Of a DNA stretch of 64,000 nt, positions 60,679-64,000 are shown piece by piece. The notes under the pieces were generated by a model. It searched no databases. It was not told the DNA's origin and saw nothing but the letters and a program-made list of their open reading frames with translations. Each line of letters starts with the position of its first letter. The stretch's first letter is position 1. The position numbers were made by a program, and so were the translations under genes. This DNA is from Prorocentrum cordatum (lineage: Eukaryota). Location of the stretch: assembly GCA_963575745.1 (NCBI GenBank), contig CAUYUJ010000181.1:310001-374000 (forward strand), written 5' to 3'.

Positions 60679-63025
60679 ACCTGGCAATGGACCTAACCAT
60701 ATGCAGGTGTGGGTTCCGCAATGTTGAATCTCGTCTTCGATGGAGCTCCCGATGAGGCCACGAAACGCTGTCCTGGGTGGGAGAACCGTACGCGAGTGCA
60801 GCCATTGGGGCCTTCGGTGGACCTCCCGATTGAGCCGAGAAACGCGGTCCTGGGCAGGGGAACCCGCATACGAGTGCAGCCACCAGGGTCTTCGGTGGAG
60901 CTCCCGGCCACAAAACGCTGTCCTGGGCGGAGGAACCGCATGCGAGTGCAGCCACCGGAGCCTCCGGTGGAGCTCCCTACGGGGCCACGAAACGCTGTCA
61001 GGGGTGGGGGGACCGCATGCGAGTGCAGCCACTGGGGCCTTCGGTGGGGCATCCAATAGGGACACAAAGCGCTGTCCTGAGTGGGGGAACTGCATGCGCG
61101 CGCAGCCGCTGGGGCCTTCGGCGGAGTAACACGAGCGGTCAGCAGAGGGGAGCAGGAGGAGGAGGATGATCAGGATGAGGAGAAGCTAGCTGGGGTGGAA
61201 AGTGAGGAGTGAGGAGGAGCATGAGGAGCACGATGAGATCCATGGGAACCCTATTCCCGATGAATTGGATCAGCAGGCAGGAAAATCTGAACTGGCTTGG
61301 GACTGCGCGACATTCCCAAACAGATATTTTGACAGGGGAGCGGGGCCCCAACACGCCGGCGCATACTATGGAACTCTCGTTTTGAAGCGAATTGAGAAAC
61401 ATTGAGACGGATTGAGAGAAATTGAAATCTTTTGAAAGAAATTGAAATATAATTCTCCCTTCAAGCCGTGGATTAAGAGAAATTGAGACGAGAAAGGCGG
61501 TCCAATTGAGGACAATTGAGACCGTTTGCGGTGTCCAATGGAAGTTTTCGAAATGGTTTGATGGCAATGCGATTTGGGAGCATGATGAAAGCAGCAGACG
61601 GATAGGCGGCAGGAGAAGCAGACGGCGAGGACCCGATGGCATGGACCATGGCAACTGGAGCCAAAACATATGTCCCAAACGCGGGCAAACGGTGGAGGAT
61701 GCACATGCCACAGGGCCTTGCGCTCGTTAGAGGTGCGCTCGAATGCCAAGGGCTGTCTAGCAGGGTTCCTGCAAGTCTTCTCAGGGGCTGCCGCCGCCCC
61801 TCGCCGCAGAGCGCCGCATGCATCGGGCCCCGCTTCCCCAGTGAAAAAACAAGTATTCACTCCCGCAACAAGGATCCTCCGTGGAAGTACATCAGGTCCA
61901 CGCTCTCGCGGCAACGATTCATCGCAAATTTACCTGGAGATGGCCCTCACCATATGCAGTTGTGGGTTCCGCAATTGTGAATATTTCATCTTCGATGGAG
62001 CTCCACACGGGTCCACGAAGCGCTGTCCTGGGTGGGGGGACCGCATGCGAATGCAGCCACCGGGGCCTTCGGTGGAGCTCCCGATCGAGCCGAGAAACGC
62101 GGCTCTGGGCAGGGGAACCGCATGCGAGTGCAGCCATTGGGGCCTTGGGTGGAGCTCCCTACGGGGCCACGAAACGCTGTCCTGGGTGGGGGGGACCGCA
62201 TTCGAGCACAGCCACCAGGGCCTTCGGTGGAATCCCCGTTTGAGCCGAAAAACTGGGTCCTGGGCGGGGGGACCGCATGCGAAGCAGCCACTTGGCCTTC
62301 GATGGAGTTTCCGATTGAGCCGAGGAACGCGATCCTGGGCGGAGGGAACCGCACGCGAGTGCAGCCACTGGGGCCTCGTCGGAGCCCACGACGGGGCCAC
62401 GAAGCGCTATCCTGGGCGGAGGTAGCCGCATGCATGTCCGGCCACATGGGCCTTCGGCGGAACTCCCGATGAGGTCACGAAGCGCTGGCGTGAGTGCTGG
62501 AACCGCATGCGAGTGCAGCCACAGGGGCCTTCTGCGGGGCTCCCCATGGGGCCACGGAGCGCTGTCCTGGGTCGGAGGTCCGCATGCTGGTGCAGCCACC
62601 GGAGCCTTCGGTGGAGCCCAGAAATGGGGCCACGTAGCGCTGTCCTGGGTGGTGGAACCGCATGCGAATGCAGCCACCAGGGCCTTCGGTGGGGCTCCCC
62701 ATGGGGCCGCGAAATGCGGTCGTGGGTGGGGGCGCGCCTGCGAATGGAGCCGCTGGGGCCTTCGGTGGAGCTCCCGACGGGGCCACGAAATGCGATCCTG
62801 GGCGGAGGGGATCGCATGCGAGCGCAGCCGCTCGGGCTCTAGGTGGAGCTCTTTTTTCGGGCTGCGAAACGCCAGCCTGAGCGGGGGAACCCCATGCTAC
62901 TGCAGCCGTTGGGGCTCTCGGTAACAACCCCTATGGCGCCACGAAACGCAATCCTGGGTGGGGGATGCGAGTGCAGCCACTGGGGCCTTCGGCGGAGACC
63001 CCTACAGAGCCCCGAAACGTTGTCC
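60679..63025 (+). repeat. Two arrays of a ~77-bp tandem repeat, each with the same ~65-bp head; inverted fragment at 60390-60530
   Basis: Unit approximately CCGCATGCGAGTGCAGCCACTGGGGCCTTCGGTGGAGCTCCC..GGGGCCACGAAACGCTGTCCTGGG; arrays at ~60740-61130 and ~61996-63025; head ACCTGG..ATGG.CCT.ACCATATGCAG.TGTGGGTTCCGCAAT. Confidence 0.85.
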
Positions 63026-64000
63026 TGTGTGCGGGAGGCGCATGGTGGAAAAGGGAAGAGGGAAAAGGGGGCGAGGAGGTGAGGAGGAAGGAACGCGGGG
63101 CACTCTCTTCGAAACGAGGACCTAACACCACAAGATGGTTGAGAGTGGCGACGCTGGCGACGAACAAATTGGGGGATGGCCCCCCAAACCGCTCCCAAAC
63201 TCGGGCATTCCGAAAACATTTGCTCCTTGACCCAGAGCAAAGACGATATTGATCCCGCCAGTCTCGTTCCAAAGCGCACAATCGCAATGGGTGTCCAGAC
63301 GTAGAGAAAGAAACGCCGATAAACATGCGCCCAGCCCCCAACCGCTTCAGTCACACGCAAAGCCAACCCAGAGCGACATCGAGGCGTTTTCAAACTGCCG
63401 CATGGGCGAAATTTATAGGGAAATGTTCACATGCGCAGGCCGCCTTCCGAGAAGCAAAAAGACGATCTCGCACCAGCAAACGCGCTCAACTTTCGCACCC
63501 CCCGTTGACGCCACCCCCAAGTGGAGCTGAAGGACCGACGGCTCCAAACAAGACTACATCAGCCAGAAGTGGTCGATTCATGTTTTGTACGAGGCACACG
63601 ATGTTATCAAGCCATGCGTTGGCGCAGACTAGGACGGCTCGTCACTGCTCGAGTTCGAGGGGACCGTCTGGAGCCACAGCACCGCTAGGGCAGGCAGGGC
63701 TGCCACGAGCGTGGAGGCAAGGATGAACCTCAGAGAACCAATTGCGGCAGTAGCTATCGCCGCCCTACCTTGCAGGCAAAAGGAGCGAGGAGGGACAAAG
63801 CAGGGAGGAAAGCTTCGGCCGGGAGGGCAGGAGGAGGGAGGCGAGAAAGAGGTGCATCCTTCTCATCGTCATCCGCATCATCCTTCCCTCCACCTCGCAA
63901 CACTGCCCCTCGCCGAATCCACCTCCTTCTCTGGCTCCTCCTCCTCCTCCTCCTCCTACTTCTCCTCCTCCATCCTCCTCCTCCTCCTCCTCCTCATCCT

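Noticed and set aside
60740..63025. CRISPR-like array of 77-bp period
   Set aside because: The whole unit repeats with diffuse divergence; no repeat-spacer structure.

Overview
Repeat-rich eukaryotic scaffold with one 100-N gap (47035-47134). It is almost certainly from a dinoflagellate: two intact and one degenerate dinoflagellate spliced leader (DinoSL) are embedded in the DNA, and the one clear host gene uses mostly GC-AG introns. The centrepiece is an 8.85-kb non-LTR retrotransposon (12333-21178, minus strand) bounded by a 14-bp target-site duplication. It carries an ORF1 with a RanBP2-like zinc finger and coiled coil, and an uninterrupted 2057-aa ORF2 ordered RNase H - AP endonuclease - reverse transcriptase - zinc fingers - C5 DNA methyltransferase-like domain. 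The window also holds the first four exons of an O-fucosyltransferase-family gene, SL-headed retrocopies (one encoding an RRM-like protein), a second decayed LINE with an extra 3' ORF, and several nested MITE-like insertions. A CCAAG-rich repeat family ends in a hairpin module that shows covariation between copies. Most ORFs in the supplied track are artefacts of microsatellites and satellites. All domain calls were made by eye from motifs; no searches were run.
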